A DNA stretch of 63,509 bases, filler included, from Choristocarpus tenellus KU-1152 (GCA_964200185.2; 14 parts of 14 records of this genome joined end to end with filler, not necessarily neighbours in it), one strand, 5' to 3'; numbered from the whole stretch's first letter, positions 1-14,441 are shown. Numbers and translations: made by a program. The notes: generated by a model not told the origin, from the sequence alone.

Positions 1-48
1 TTTTGACCCCCAAAAGGACCCGCTCTACCCTCTAAGATACTTCGGCTC
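1..48 (+). mobile_element. Right end of MITE family B
   Basis: CTACCCTCTAAGATACTTCGGCTC matches the right TIR of the complete copies at 50769-51026 and 60323-60580. Confidence 0.8.
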
Positions 49-136
49 TCCAGGTGGTACATCACATCCGCAACATGCTGTTATTGCTCCATGCAGAGAT
101 TGTAGGTTACATATATTTGCTACATTGTCCTTGCAG

Positions 137-178
137 GATACATACATACATACATACATACATACATACATACATACA

Positions 179-210
<32 letters not shown>

Positions 211-212
211 CA
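137..212. repeat. (TACA)n microsatellite
   Basis: Direct tetranucleotide run; explains the spurious MYVC/HTYI ORFs. Confidence 0.97.
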
Positions 213-426
213 TCAAGTGTGGGTAGTAGATTTTTCTGGATATATATGCTGTGTGATTCTGTGTATGTAAAGAGTCGAGGTATAAAGTGAAGTGCATGTA
301 CTACTTCGAGAAGTACATAGTATTGACTTACCTGTGTCAACCACAGTGTCAAGCAAGTGCTTGGGACCGTTGGCCATAGATAATTCTCAGTATTAGGTAT
401 TGTAGAGTAACTGCTGTTCTATGCTA

Positions 427-660
427 CCCCCTCGAAACAACCCCACTTTCGCATCTCCAATGTTTTAAAATCTGCAATAGTGTGATCTAGGCCAATGGAA
501 TTGTGCCCTCTTGAAAGTCTCAAGCTCTAGCACATTGTCAACGCATACTTAACTGCCACAATCTCGTCTCCAGGGATGTGTCTGACTTCAACAACTTTCT
601 CAATGACTACGATACAATGGTGATAATCCGTGTTTGATGTATCCTTGTTTGACCCCATAC
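427..660 (-). mobile_element. Possible decayed Ty1/copia RNase H end plus polypurine tract
   Basis: Minus strand reads DYHHCIVVIEKVVEVRHIPGDEIVAV, loosely like the copia RNase H C-terminus; a GAGGGGG tract lies downstream. Confidence 0.3.
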
Positions 661-3600
661 TCAAGCACTATTTATTTTAGGGTGTGCAACAGGACTGTCT
701 TTATGGTCAATTGGTTTGGTACTCCGCATTCCACATACATACGGACGTTTCTGTAAGGCTCATTCATTTTTTGTCTCGCCTGGATTTTATTTAACACTAG
801 TTTACTTTCAGTATATAACGTAGTGATACATATCGACGATTCATTCGCCATACTACGTGCGGCTCTTGTTCTACAATTCGAACGACTCTCTACTCCACCC
901 AGTTGTAAGTTATAAGCACACACTATGAAACCCTCATGGCAGGTAGGATTTGACCAGAACATTAAAAAAAATCCAGTAAACAGTAGTACATGTCTGCAAC
1001 AAACAAAAACATTTTCCTACTCGTTTTTTTTGTTACATGTAGAGGGTTTGGAGGTGCTGGACAGACCTTTTGAGAAGTTTGCATTCTTCAATGCCTTGAA
1101 GAGTCTTGTCTTGCCAAATTTTGAAGGCATAACAATGTTCAACACGAACAAGATCTTTTCGTGACTGTTGTAGGGGAGGGAGCTTCAGGGACTGTTTGAA
1201 TCCTTGCCTTGAACGAAGACACCATGGGTGGGGAAGTCACGTTCGGCAGACCATCACCAAGGCGGAGGGCTGTAGGGTTTTGAGTTCTGATGAAGATAGG
1301 ATTGTGCAGGTTGCTGTGAAGGTTGCTATGGAGGTGAGATTTGTGTTTGCAAAGAATCTCCCAAGCAATGTTTGCTTCCACATGTTGCTCTGAATGGAGC
1401 CAATGCTCCCGAGCTGCTGAACGTTTCAGGTACTATGCATTAGTAATACTAGATAGTACTCTGGAATAAAATAGTCAATCCATAATAATGGTCGAGAGCT
1501 CTACTCTAATTCGTTAGTTTTAGGTATGCATTGATTTTTGTTCCTCCTCCTCTTCTCTGTATGGTGTGCTTATACTTCTAGATCTAGCATGGAGGACATA
1601 CATTTGTTTTGTACATACACATGGACCTTTACCATTATTGTGGGTAGATATTTTGGTCAACCTTGTTTTTTGCTTACTTCCTCCAAAACGTTATGTTACC
1701 TTAATTCCGAAAGTAAGTAGATAACAGAAATATTGTATATTATACTGTAGCATGCTGCATATTGTTAGGGGTATCCTTTTTTGTGGGGTTCATCTCTTCT
1801 ATGATGTGGACCGTACAGTAAATAGTACACCCTAAGCCCAGGTCCTGAGGGGTTTTGGTCACGGAGTTGTTGAAGTTGGAGGAAGGAATACAGACCTCCA
1901 CAAACGTAAGTGGCCATATTTGTTTGAACATGAAACACAATCAAAACACCTAAAAATTACAGTGTATGAGGGAAAGCCAATGTACATGATATATGAAGTG
2001 GAGCATGGTGACAAAGAAATTCGTGGTCCTTTAAGACCCATCCGAGTGATGTGAAGATAGCAATAAAAATATCTGTTCAAATGAAATAAGGTCAGAGCAC
2101 CTTCAATCAACATCCTTTTTGAGATGTGAAGATAGCAACAAAAATATCCATCTAAAAGGTGTAAGCCCAAAGCATTTTCGACCAAGATCCTTTTTGGAGA
2201 TATCTTCGGGTTCCATGTTGTCCATGCACAAAAATATAAACCAAGTTTTCCCCTGTTTTGGCAGGTTGGTCTGCCATTCAACGAAAACAAGGTCAAAATC
2301 GGTATATTTGTGAACACGGACCAACATGTATCGCCCATCGCACTATCTACAGCACAATTTTCTTGTTGTTCCACCACACACCATCGTAGATCAGAATCAC
2401 TTCCAATCAAGAATCAACAAAACTCCTCTACTCTATTCTTGCTCTGTTCTTTTGTAGATATTAATTTCGTTCTCAGAAAACTCAATGTCCTTCGAACTTC
2501 TGATCTTCAAAAGTTGAGTCAGCAAAAAAAAAAGGCAAATAATACCACACTCCCACAAAAAAAAATCTGAGGGCCTTACATACACCTCTTACCATTCACT
2601 CATTTTTCTCTACATGATAGGAGTATATGTTTGTTATTGAACAAGGGAGAGATTGATTACATAAAATACTTTAGAGAATATACTGTGGTCTACCTAGCTT
2701 GAAGCACATACTTGCAATCTAGAAAAATACTCACATAGAAGAAAGACAGTGAGAGGTATTTTCAATGATACTGTCTTAGTTCACATTGTAAATGAAGAGG
2801 ATCCAAAGAGCTTGTTCCCTGTTCAATGTAACAACAGTTGACTATGATGCCCACATGAACGAACTATTGGTTGGGTGAAACACAACCAGCACAATTACGG
2901 ACAGAAGATTTGTACACACACACTCTGACTTCAATGGCCAGCCTCAAGGTAGGCAATTGACATACTGTTGATGAGTAACATCTCTCGATATACTTTGAAT
3001 TTGATGTATTAGTGTTCCACGACATAGTGCAGGGGGGCGTAATCCATGTTTTTCATGCAAAGAACGACTGCATTAGTTACATACGAACCATGAGATGGAG
3101 GTATAAATACTTCATGTAATAAACACACACACACATATTTATATTCACACCTCAAAATATATTGCACACGACAAGACTTTGTTATTGGGAACAGGTGCCT
3201 TTTTTATAAGATAAACAGATCATTAACAGAACAGACTAATACAATAATTGTCAACAAGGATGGTCCATCAGTGTTATTGATGGAAGCAAGGCATGTAGCC
3301 ACCTGTCACAAAATCCAATACATACCAAGTAAGAATCAATCCTGTATAGTATCTACCATTAGCAATATTGTGAAAAAATGTGCATGACAATCTAACTCAC
3401 TCGACAATGGCAACATCCTTACAGCACAAAGGGCACATGCACAAGAACGACCACATTTCACTGAAAAACAAACAAACTTGAAATACTAAACTAACTCATC
3501 TACAGCCTCCGCAGGATGCCTTGCGTGCAGAAGGCACACAGTGTCACCGACCAGTCCTAAAGAGCAAGGTCTAGCTAAATCCATTACATATATTCCAGTA

Positions 3601-4705
3601 GCAATCAATAAAGAGCACTCAATTAAATAAGTGATCCCTATAGTACCAACAAAATGCAAGAGCTCCACAACCTTTCCAGCATGCAACTTCCCTTCCATCG
3701 ACCCCAATCACCCCCAACTCATCATCATCCAAACGCCCCTTTCTAGGGCATGGACATCAGAGCTTCACAGTCCAAACATTGTCCACTTCCCACCCCCCTG
3801 TGTGAACACAAGCAACAGTGTTCTTGTTCACACTATTGGCAAGCATCAACTTAGAGAGGCACATGAGCTAGTGCTGCAGCAGAGGGCTCATACACTTGGT
3901 GGTATCCAATGCACTCCACAAAGTGTCATCACGTAGTAATTACCAAATGTCTTTTCATCACAATGCTACTCTCAGATCAAACATGTAGTGAGTGGGCAGT
4001 AGTGCGCATGCATGTGCTAGTTTCCAGGGCAATGGGATAGTGCCTCCTCATTCCGTGTATGTACACCTTCTAGCTCTGCCCCCCTGTCCCCACCATGATT
4101 GCATGGCACAAAAAACAACTCCTGAAATCCACACACAAAACAAGCAGGTGAACATAAACAAGAGATGCCTCACGCGCCAAAGAATTCACCCCTTGCAAAG
4201 TCACCTATTAGCACAATAAACTACTATCTGGAGTACTCCTTTCCGAGTGAAACTGTAACTGACATGAAACGAAAATATAGTGGAGGGGTGCGTGGTGGGG
4301 GTAGGCCATATAATGGCCAAATATGGCAACAAACCAAGACCAAATAAATGTGGCCCTCACTCTCTTGGTCTCATATGTTGCGATTCCATCCCCGACTGTC
4401 AATGTCTAATTTCCATCACTCATATCCTCCATTCACTGTACCAATCACATCACTGCTCTGGCAGCAAGAGGGATGGGATAATGCTAGCTCAAGGTTACAT
4501 CAACAAAAGAGTGTAATACTTCACCAGTTATAGTACATTGTACACTGTACACAGACACACGCACACACACACACATATACACATACACAAACCAATTTCA
4601 ATCACTACAAGGCAGTATCACAAGGCTTCCCCCCAGACTCACATCCTGTCATCCCCCATCTGTAAACATAACCCCCAGCCTTGGACCCCGCTACCTCCCC
4701 CTATC

Positions 4706-7397
4706 TCAGCCTGTAAATTCCATCTCTCCCACCAAGGACGCCTGCTTGATTTGGGAGTGGACCACACTAGACCAGCTGTCACCCTTTCGGCAAACCTCTA
4801 GGGTAGGCCAGTACTGGTTATCAGTTGAAAGGGTGAAAGCCTCCACCTTGGCATCCAAGTCAACCTGCAACAGATGATTAATTACAACATGTGAGCAACA
4901 GCAAGGAATGAGAAAGTGGAAGGGGAGGGGAGATGGAAAAGCAGTACGCATATTGATATTTCTATGGGAGTCAGAGGGAAAAATATATAAATAATCATGA
5001 GTAGTTGATACCAAAATTAACACTAAAAAAACAAAACTACTTCAAAGTACTTTGTGTACCAATACTACTTTGAAGCACCATCGACACTTCAACGTATGAG
5101 AACACCAATAAGAGCTCCCAAGCACAATTATAATTGAATCGAATGCGCTGTTAAATCGTTCTTACCATTCCACAAACCACCAAAATGACTTGCATGTGGA
5201 GATCTACCAAACCTTAAAGTAATGCATACTCACTACTTACATCCTCTTTATTTCCACTCAATGACCAGCATTTCTCACCTCAACTTTACGACCTAATTCC
5301 AGTCTCAAAATTACTTCAACATCAATGCACAGCAATACTCGATCATCTCATACAAGAGCCACAAAAAAGGCCTCTCCAGGTGTGTCAGGCTATACAATTT
5401 CCGTCGAATTTCAATGAGTAAAAGAATCGAACCCTTTCCCTCAAGTCCCTTTTGCCACCTCTCCAACCCCACCCACCCCCTCACACACAACTCCCTACAT
5501 ATCTACCCCCAACATACTCTACCTTACCCTCACTCTTCCCCCCCCCTTCAAAGGTCACTCACCGTCTTGAGCCTAACCGCTACCTTGTTCCTGAGGTTTC
5601 TTACTTTAGTAAGGAAGGTTTCAAGTGTGGGTGTTTCCTCCCCATTCACCTCCACAATCCATGCTGGCACTTGCACCCCAAACTTATGGGCAGGGGAGCC
5701 ATAACACCACCTCGAGGCATACACACCACCCCCCTGTTCTGGGAGGAACCTGGTGCGCAAGGGCACGAGCTCGGGGTTTGGTTTTATCGCAAGCAGCAAC
5801 ATTTGAGAGTGAAACTAAAGAAAGACAAGGCATGATAAAATCATCACACCTTTTACACGCTCGAGAGGATGAGAAAATGAGGATGGGTTTGAGATGGCTA
5901 GAGTAGGTGGGGGCTGAGTTGGCGGAGGGGAACGGTGGCTAGTGATGATGCAATCTTTGTATACAATAAATATACCATGGTTAAATAAAATGCTCTAAAA
6001 ATTAAGGGTTTCAATATATATATAAATATAAATATTGATATTAATATATGAGGGACCTATCAGTCCACATATTACTCTGATGCACAGACAAAAAGGTAAC
6101 CTATAGTTGTGCACTTCATCTACAAGTTATTTTCGTCCAACAGTCACCAAGAATTTCCTCAAATGTTATCTGAGTGTTTGCCAAAAGTACTGCAGCAACT
6201 CTTCATTCCAAAAGTGCCACGGAAACAGTGAAAACTTTTAAATATTGAGCCGTCCTATCTCAGAGGGGGATCTGTTTAGGCCCTTATCAAAATAAGCACA
6301 AAATCACCCTCCAGGATGAAGGAAGTACAGGTACCAGAAGCTAGTCACAAGGGTTCCAAACACTCAAAAACACACCCCTCTAAACTAGGTCTATGATAAG
6401 ATGGCCCATTGTGTCCAAATCTTGCATAGAATTACCAGTTATTTGTCCTATAGTCCAGATGTCGGACACCAACAACTGAAACACTAAAGGTTACTCAGTA
6501 CTTACATAGGTATCTACACAAAATAATGCACTTGTACAGCACTTTGCGAGCTGAAGTAATAGATCCCTCCTCCACCCCCTTTCACTATTACTTCACCACT
6601 CACCCCATACGCAGCACAGCCAGGTGTGGACTTTGCAACATAAGCCCTGCCCAAAGCACAACCCTATGTGTCCCCATCGTTGGAAGGCGGGACGGAGTTA
6701 CCTGGAGATCATTGTTGCAGTAGGAGGGGGAGGAAGAGGTAGACAGTTATACCAACAGTTGGGCATCAATAATCAGCTACTATTTGATTCTCTTCAAGAT
6801 ACACCTATTACGCCACACATATGTACTGTGGTGTGAACAAGACGCGGAACGAAGCAATTGTGTACTTTGAAGTATGATTCATCTTATATTTGTAGCAAGA
6901 AATGACATGGAAAACAGAGTACGGGTTGAGAGAGGGGGGGGGGAGGGGTGTGCACCCACAACCTTCAGTGTGTGGTATTGTGACAATTGAAGACGTTAAC
7001 AATGGACACAAGGGAACACCAAAATATTAACTTTTTGAGCACTTCCACGCTAGCCCTCTGTCTAAATTCTCCAAAACATCGAAGAGTTACACCCTGGACA
7101 ACATAACAACATAAAAACATAACACATAAAAAACATTATGGGTTTGTGTTAACACAATTGCTGTAACAACATTTTTTTAATGGCAGAAAATGTTGTAAGA
7201 ATGGCATCACATATGTTATGTGCGTTTTGGACTGAGTCCTACGGCCACAACATAGTGTTGAGTGTTACAGTGCCTAAGGTGAGAAAGAGTTTATATCCTC
7301 AATGCAAGTGTCTCACCATGAGTGTCAGCTCCTTTTGGTCTCGCAGGACTACCAGTTCCACAGGCCCTTCAGCCTCCTCCACAATTGTTTCCACCTC
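4706..7397 (-). CDS. NMA111: Nma111/Deg7-like HtrA-family serine protease, last four exons (5' part missing)
   Basis: In-phase GT-AG exons 7397-7317, 6701-6604, 5749-5563 and 4864-4706 give EVETIVEEAEGPVELVVLRD..GTHRVVLWAGLMLQSPH..GVYASRWCYGSPAHKFG..WIVEVNGEETPTLETFL..QYWPTLE*, matching the C-terminal PDZ region of Nma111/Deg7. Confidence 0.85.
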
Positions 7398-8523
7398 CTA
7401 TACAGAAGTTGCAGGTACACAACGTAGCAAAAGGGAAAATGAACCAAAAAACAAAGTAGCAAAAGAGCAACGCAATCCTATAACCTACATTGAAGATGCA
7501 AGGGGTCTTGGTCTGCAGAAAAATCGGCTAACATCCACCAATTGCTCGTATAAGAAAAAAAGCAGGGTTAGGGTGGTACAGTAGTATAAACAAGGTAACA
7601 ATATATACATTACATCAATGAATTCTTCTATGGTCAAGCTGTTGTGCAAGCCAAAACTGCACAAAAAATATCAACAGTGATTTAAACAGGCTAATTGTGT
7701 CCAGAAAATGTTTATTGTTCAGGGGAGGGAAAGGGCTAAGGCTGATGGCCAATGAACCTCAGAGCATAAAATAAAGAAACAAAAAATAGTCTGGGGCGTA
7801 TTTGGTTAAATGTTTGTCCTCATCATAAACACATAACAGCATTGTGCTGAAAGCATCTAACACTCAAGAACATTAAAAATATCATACTTGGTGAAATAGT
7901 TACAAAGTGCCCTTACCCTTAAATAGGTACATGGAAAAAATAGTTTTTTTTCACACGAGATACATACAAATATACAAATAATTTTGACATTTCATACATT
8001 AGAGCATGTATTGTATGCAGCAGAGGGGGTCTTCAGATCCTCTCACCACCATCATAACGGCCCTAAGAAAGGTTTTTACTGTGACATGGTCAATGCCTCC
8101 ACTTTGATTATATTCAAAACACCAAGAGTTTCATTCCCCTCTTTACTTGCAAATCCCTTTATTATTAACACTGATACAATAACTTACACACCCCAGAATG
8201 AATTGCACCATTTCTACATTCCCCAGTAAATCACATACCAAGGGGATGGGCTGCTCTGGAGCCCTCCCCAGGTCTACGCTGCCTTCATCGGTCAGTGGTA
8301 CAACCTTTATGTATATACCTGTATGTCTCACTCAACCTGTTTTATCAAACTCATAGTTCAGTGACATACGTGGAAACCTATCAAAGAGGGAAAAGCTGGA
8401 CCGAACTGAGACAAAAAAAAAGAAGGCTCTTGCACGACTTGGTACAAATGTTTCCAACAAATGTTTCCAACAAATGCTGTCCCTTTTTTTCACCATTTTG
8501 AATTTCTTGATTAGGGGGGGGGG

Positions 8524-8623
8524 NNNNNNNNNNNNNNNNNNNNNNNNNNNNNNNNNNNNNNNNNNNNTTAATTAATTAANNNNNNNNNNNNNNNNNNNNN
8601 NNNNNNNNNNNNNNNNNNNNNNN
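8524..8623. other. Artificial contig spacer (first of 13)
   Basis: N44-TTAATTAATTAA-N44 with stops in six frames. Identical spacers at 12748, 15959, 22206, 25288, 30728, 35694, 40729, 44651, 49419, 52770, 56012 and 59264. Confidence 0.99.
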
Positions 8624-8768
8624 CAGGATGCAGGACCTAGCGACAAGGCTTTGGAATATCTCGTGATAGCATGCATTCAAGAAGGCCATTTACCCTGACG
8701 CCTCAAGTAACGAATTCACTATGTGCAACACTCGCCAAGATTTGAACAAATTGTTCCTCAATGGTCAG

Positions 8769-11198
8769 GGACTGGAGTCTTGAGTATCAGGAATGTGCCG
8801 GTGGCAGGCAGAGCCCGATCAACCTGGCGGCTGCGTACGTGACTCAAGTCGAAGTAAGTGTACCCGAAAAGCATTCCCACCCGCAGGCACAGCAGTAGGC
8901 GTGAAAAGGTTTCTTTCATATGCACGGGGCATGGAGCAGGAGTTTCCTGTGAAACCATTATCCGTAAATAAGTCTACCTTGTTCGAGTGTACCTTATTCT
9001 CGCCCTAACATGTAGCACCTTCTCTTCGCCTCGTCACCCTCCCCCTAAACACCTCGATCTATGTACCACCTGCTTTTGCCAGCCGGACAAGTTTGGCCTG
9101 ATGTTCTCACCCAAGAGCTGTCCTTCAAACCTTTATGGGTTCCTGCAGAATGATCACAGCTGGAAGGTACGGATTTCAAGGAGTTACGTCACGAAACTTC
9201 ACTTCTGCCTCGACGACTCGGACGTGATTCCAATGATGAATGTCGAATGCGGAATATATCATCCACGCAATATAACGCATGCACCCCTCCCCGTAACCCC
9301 GAAGGTGGACTTCGCGCAGTGCTTGAACAACCAAAACTACGCTTCCACGTTGGAGTTCGAGGGACAAACCTATGAGCTCCTGCAGATGCATGTCCACTCG
9401 CCATCGGAACACACGGTACCAACAGCTTCATGACCGCTCGATTCTAATGATAGCTGCACTGTAACTCTTACAGAACTCACCTACTGTCGAGAATTCACAA
9501 AATGCTTGTACCCACAATGGTGTGCAGCCCTGTCAAAAGATTAGCCTGCGATATTAGGAGTATGACCTGAAAGGCATCACGCTTGCACTGTACACTGATC
9601 TGGACGTATTCAAGAGCAGCGACTAATGCGTAAACAACCCTTTCAACCAGAGATAAAATCAGGACAAGGGATGTAGTTTTCCATTCTTGTCCGCACCTGT
9701 GTTGAATCGGCTAGCAGCACCTACACCTTTCCGTTCGACACTTTCTCGTACTTGTCTCATGTATTGTTACTTCAGTTTGGCGGGGGAGAAGAGGACGGAG
9801 AGTTGCACTTTGTACATGTTAACGCAAATGGCTCAGGGAACCTCCTCGTCGTGGGTGTGATGTTCTCTGCCTCCCATGACTTCTTCAACTCAGAGGTATG
9901 ATTTGATGGTACTTCTCGATGCTTGAAAATGGGACTGGTTGGCCAAGTGGTGTTGCGCTTGAAGCCTGTGGTAATATGCTTGACATGTACACCAAAGGTT
10001 TTTTATTTGATCATTCTAGGTGCGAAAATGGGTTGGCCTGGTCAAGTGTATCATTTCTGTATGTTAATTTAGTCGGAGCCAAGAGCATCACCAATAAACA
10101 TTCCTCATCACGATCTCCTTCTCTTGCCTGCTGTCCGTGATTTGTTTTTTTGTAACAATAGCTTGAACAATATTGGTCACACATCCAAGGCACATCTGAT
10201 GAATTGTTTGTGTCTTACCCGTACGATATGCTACCTGCAAGCCCAACCTACTTCACCTACCTAGGCAGCCTGACAACACCTCCCTGCTCAGAGGTGAGAG
10301 TTCTTATGATAAGTTTGTTAAACCGTACCATTTTCTACCTCCTTGTGCACCCCTCGTTCTGGTTGTAATAGCATCTTTGATACGTCTGTTTGTCAATCCT
10401 CTCTTCCGAGTGATTTGACCTCAACACACCTCACCCCTTTAAGTCTGCTTACATTTTGCAGCATCACAATGGAAGAAGAGGGCCTCTTTATGATCAATTA
10501 TTGCTTCTACCATTTTCATCATACCAGTGTAGTTGGGAGTTTTTATTGATCTCATGTTTTGAATTTTGTCCATTTCTCTGTAAAGAATTCCTCATGATTA
10601 GATGCTTTTAAGGCCTGATGAATGCACTTTTAAAAGAGAGGACTGATCATTTTGAATGTTGTGTTTCATGCCTTGCAAAGCTCACTCTCAAATATGGTGT
10701 TACTGAATAGTTTGTTATTGTTCAGATTGATCTAACTTTCTCCTGTTTATCACTTGTTGGGATCCGTGGCGTGGTATTACCCTTCACAGATTGTGACATG
10801 GGTGGTGATGAGTGATAAGGTAAAGATCAGTAAAACTCAACTGGAGACATTCCGTTACGCCGTGCAGCACTTCCCTGGATCTACGGTAAGCTGAAGTATG
10901 GTTGGGGAAGGCCCTATGCTTTGTTATTGCACCCCTTACTTGGTCCGACCACTTCTCTTTTTCCGTTTGGATGATATGAAGCATTTACAATGATGTCTTT
11001 GTTATCATGTAAGTACCTGGGTCCAAGAGGTGGAACTGGCCACTATCTTCCTTTTCTTGCTTAAAGTATCATAATGTATTGTAAGCTCTATCTGACATTG
11101 CAAGATGCACTTGATTGCTTTGCCAGGTGAGCGAGGGGGGCAACACCAACCGCCCCCCAATGCCCCTCAATGAACGCCACATCTACTACTCTGGTTGA
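8769..11198 (+). CDS. Alpha-type carbonic anhydrase (7 exons, first exon(s) missing)
   Basis: Exons 8769-8853, 9083-9166, 9305-9415, 9776-9895, 10162-10293, 10790-10885 and 11127-11198 join in phase. Motifs QSPIN, NDHS, QMHVHSPSEHT, ELHFVH, YLGSLTTPPCSE, VTWVV and NRPPMPLN are present, including all three Zn-binding His. Confidence 0.93.
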
Positions 11199-11559
11199 AC
11201 GCTGAGAGCAAGAAACAACTGTGGAGATACTGGGATGGTAGGAGTCCGTGACTTCTCTTGGTAGGCCGTCATTGTGGATGTCTACATGGCTGCAAGCCAC
11301 ACTAGATATTCCAGGTTGTATACGTGTGCAAAGGATAGACTGTAAGTTGATAGGCGCCAAGGCAGTAGGGATGTTGGACACACAACAGTGCTACCTTGCG
11401 ACCTACCAATACTCTTGTTGTTCTTTTCATAGGGTTAGGTTAGGGGGTTTGGGTCAGAGATTTTGATAAAATACTGGGTATTCATATTGGGTGTGGTGAG
11501 TAGAAAGGTGCAATTTGAACTGCTTGTTTATAGAAAGATCTTGAACTTGCTCGTAGGTA

Positions 11560-12000
11560 GAATTCTGTGGACAAGATTTGTTTTTTGTTGATGTTAGAAA
11601 GACCAAGTTGGTGGCCAGGTTAAATCAATGCCAGCCTTGCGTGTACCTTATTGAACCGTAGAAATAATGAAAGAAGATCTTTGAAACAATAAAACAGGCT
11701 CGTTGAGAACAGACAGATACACAGATATTTGTATGGTCAAGTAGAAGAGAAATGATGAATCACAACATGTGCTATACTCATGAAGAGGCAAAGGCTGAAG
11801 AGGAATTGCCCATAGTTGCTCCAAGAAGACAGGTAAATATTACAGCGTCTTGATTTGCACAAGGTGCTTGAGATTGTGGCACTAATATGTGTAAGATAGG
11901 CTTCTCCTTTTCTGTCCTTCTAGGCGATCATCTTGGTAACTTTTGTTACGTGTATTCATGGTTGAAACCATCTTAGATATTTGACCCAAATTGGGTTATG
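11560..12000 (+). mobile_element. Possible highly decayed copia pol remnant
   Basis: Fragments KLVAR, PRRQV and AQG..IHG*NHL resemble copia post-integrase and RT start motifs; many stops. Confidence 0.25.
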
Positions 12001-12847
12001 TGAAATGTAGAACAAAATATTGAACAGATCTCATGCCAAGCCAATTTCTTCACCTCCAAAAAGTTGGATAGTTGTACAAGGCTTTGAGTGGACGGGGGAA
12101 GCAGTGTACATGGTGAGAGTTGAAAAGGTGCACTGGGTTGACAAAACTGTACGAGAAAGCTTCCTGGGCATCTGCCATGATCCTTACAGATTCAGGCATA
12201 TTGTATGATGGTATCTTCTGTGAACTACAATGAGAGTGACAAACGGGGTGTGAGCCCAATGCTAGGGTGGCAAACATGGATAGACACGCAAGTTTGTATT
12301 CAGGTCTAGACGATCAGTGGTGGGTTTTGCCACTTTGGTCGCAAAGACTGAAATTCCTCGACGTAGGCGATGAAACTGACTGAATAGTGTACCACTTACA
12401 GTGGGAACTGATCGGATCGACTGTGGAAATCACAATCTGTGGACGTAAGATCCATGTGATCAGTAGTGGATTTTGCTGTTCCTGTCACAGACGATATTAT
12501 TCCTTACCAAAGGTTTAAATAGGGATAAGATATACTTGTTTTAACCGATCAATCCGTTGGCAAATTTAGGTATTCCATGGCATCGCATCCGTGATTAAAT
12601 CGACAGATGTAGTTACTCTTTATTACTAGTATGGTAACTAGTAGGATGAACGGTGGAATCTATAATTTAACAAATTGTGTTAGGCAGGGTCCAATCAGTC
12701 GTGGGGGGTGTTTAGAATCACCAGTGTGTCATGGTGGGGTGCTTCCCNNNNNNNNNNNNNNNNNNNNNNNNNNNNNNNNNNNNNNNNNNNNTTAATTAAT
12801 TAANNNNNNNNNNNNNNNNNNNNNNNNNNNNNNNNNNNNNNNNNNNN

Positions 12848-14051
12848 AGGTGACTGGGCTGGCTGGATCTCTATGATAATGTCATCCCCCGCTGCCTCCT
12901 CCATTGCCTCCATCTCATCCCCCCTTTCCCCCCCTTGATATGTGGCTTCGCCCTGTGCTGCTGCATGAAGATGATGTGTCCTTCCAGCGAACATGAGGGC
13001 CTTGATTGCTGGGATAGCATCCTCAATTGTGAGCTTGTTATACCTCTCCCCACCCAACGTGGCTGGCACAAGCACCTTGGTACCTTTGGGGTGGTGTTTG
13101 CTGGAGCACCTGGCGACCTTATTGTCCATAAAACTACACCCCATTAGAGAGCTTCCTAGGGCGGGCGAAATCTGCAAGGAGCATCACAATCTCAATGTAA
13201 TGCTTATTCTCTGACTGTGGTGGGGCAAAGGTACACACCTTGCCCACCTTTGAGGATGTAAAACCAATTCTCGTCCACATACACCCAGTCATAAAGATCG
13301 TCCACTAATATCCCAGGTTCGACCCTCCTGTCCATGTGGCTGATGGCGAAACCCAACCTGTTGGCTTTCTGCTGGTCTGAGAGGACTGACTTAATCCACC
13401 ACATGACCTTGTTCACCTTCTCGTGCTTGCATAGATCCCACAACAAGTCAAGGGAGATCTCATTTTTGACCGCCCGTTTGTGGAAGGATGTGCAGTGTAC
13501 TGATGAGACACCTCAAACGTAGAGGATACTTGTCTTGCATCCACATCACACCTTGCGGCATCGTACTAAGTCCATGCAATCACTCTATGCGGTCTGGCTG
13601 CCATACTCCTTCAGATAATGGAGCAAGGTGATTCGGGAAATTCCTAAGTCCTCTGCAATTGCCGCTGCCGTCCCCCAAGGCATCCAAGTCTCGCACCCTC
13701 TCACCTTGAGGCATCACACCATCATGCCGTTCTTTGTCGGGGCGTTTGAGTCCCAGCCCAGACAGACTTCTGGGCTGAAGAATTGGGACTGATGTTGGGT
13801 CTTCGTCCCAGGTATCCCAATAAACACCCGCTTTGAGAGGTTTACAAGGTATTTGAACACCGTCAAATCCGACTTGGTCGACCTTGCACAGGTTATCTTC
13901 CACAGCCATGACAGTCCACCATCTCAAACTTTGTACGCCTTCCAATCTATATGAGAACTAAGCCTTGTACAGAAGGTTTAACGTGTGGGTTGTTCCCGGA
14001 CCAGAACGGAGCTTGTAAAGTTATGTTATATTTAATTCCGAACGGAGCAAG
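12848..14051 (-). mobile_element. Decayed Tc1/mariner (plant/Stowaway DD39D-like) transposon, cut by the contig end
   Basis: TA|CTTGCTCCGTTCGGAATTAA Stowaway-like TIR at 14051; HTH AIAEDLGISRITLLHYLKEY; WVYVDENWFY (first catalytic D); IEIQPAQSP at the contig edge; frameshifts and stops. Confidence 0.85.
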
Positions 14052-14441
14052 TACGTTGTAGTGCCAGCAACAAATATAAACAAAGGGTGCATGGGGTAGG
14101 CAGCAAGAGAGAAGAAGTGGATGGAACCAACGGCTGCAAAGGTCCCAGTACTGAAGAATCTTGTAGAAGATTGATTGAGATGACAGGAGCAATGCGGAAG
14201 AGGCAAACAAGATTTGTGTGTACAAGCACAAGAACATCTTTTCATTCAAGATTGACAGCGAGTTTAAACCCTCTTCATGAAGAACTAGGAGATCTCTACC
14301 GCATTGGGCAGAGGTTTAGCCCCACCAAGTTTAACACGTGCTAGAGCTCTCTTTGTGAAGAAGTGGTACACCATGTGCGTAGAAAAAAGCTAACTTTCCC
14401 CTTGCACACAAAATTTTCCCATTTCATTTTCCCGTACTTAC

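Noticed and set aside
25-352. ORFs with MYVC/HTYI repeats, and similar ORFs at 51081-51840 and 52254-52529
   Set aside because: Translations of micro- and minisatellites and MITEs.
8233-8317. Exon-like segment (IYIKVVPLTDEG..) as part of the Nma111-like gene; likewise the orphan exon-like segment at 61574-61637
   Set aside because: Splice-like ends are present but I see no recognisable homology, so they cannot be assigned without transcripts.
8568-8579. Recurring TTAATTAATTAA palindrome as a biological motif
   Set aside because: It is always centred in 88 Ns; it is an assembly linker.
13900-14300. Gypsy integrase/chromodomain remnant
   Set aside because: Motif matches were weak; the region is better explained as the mariner 5' end (TIR at 14051) plus intron.
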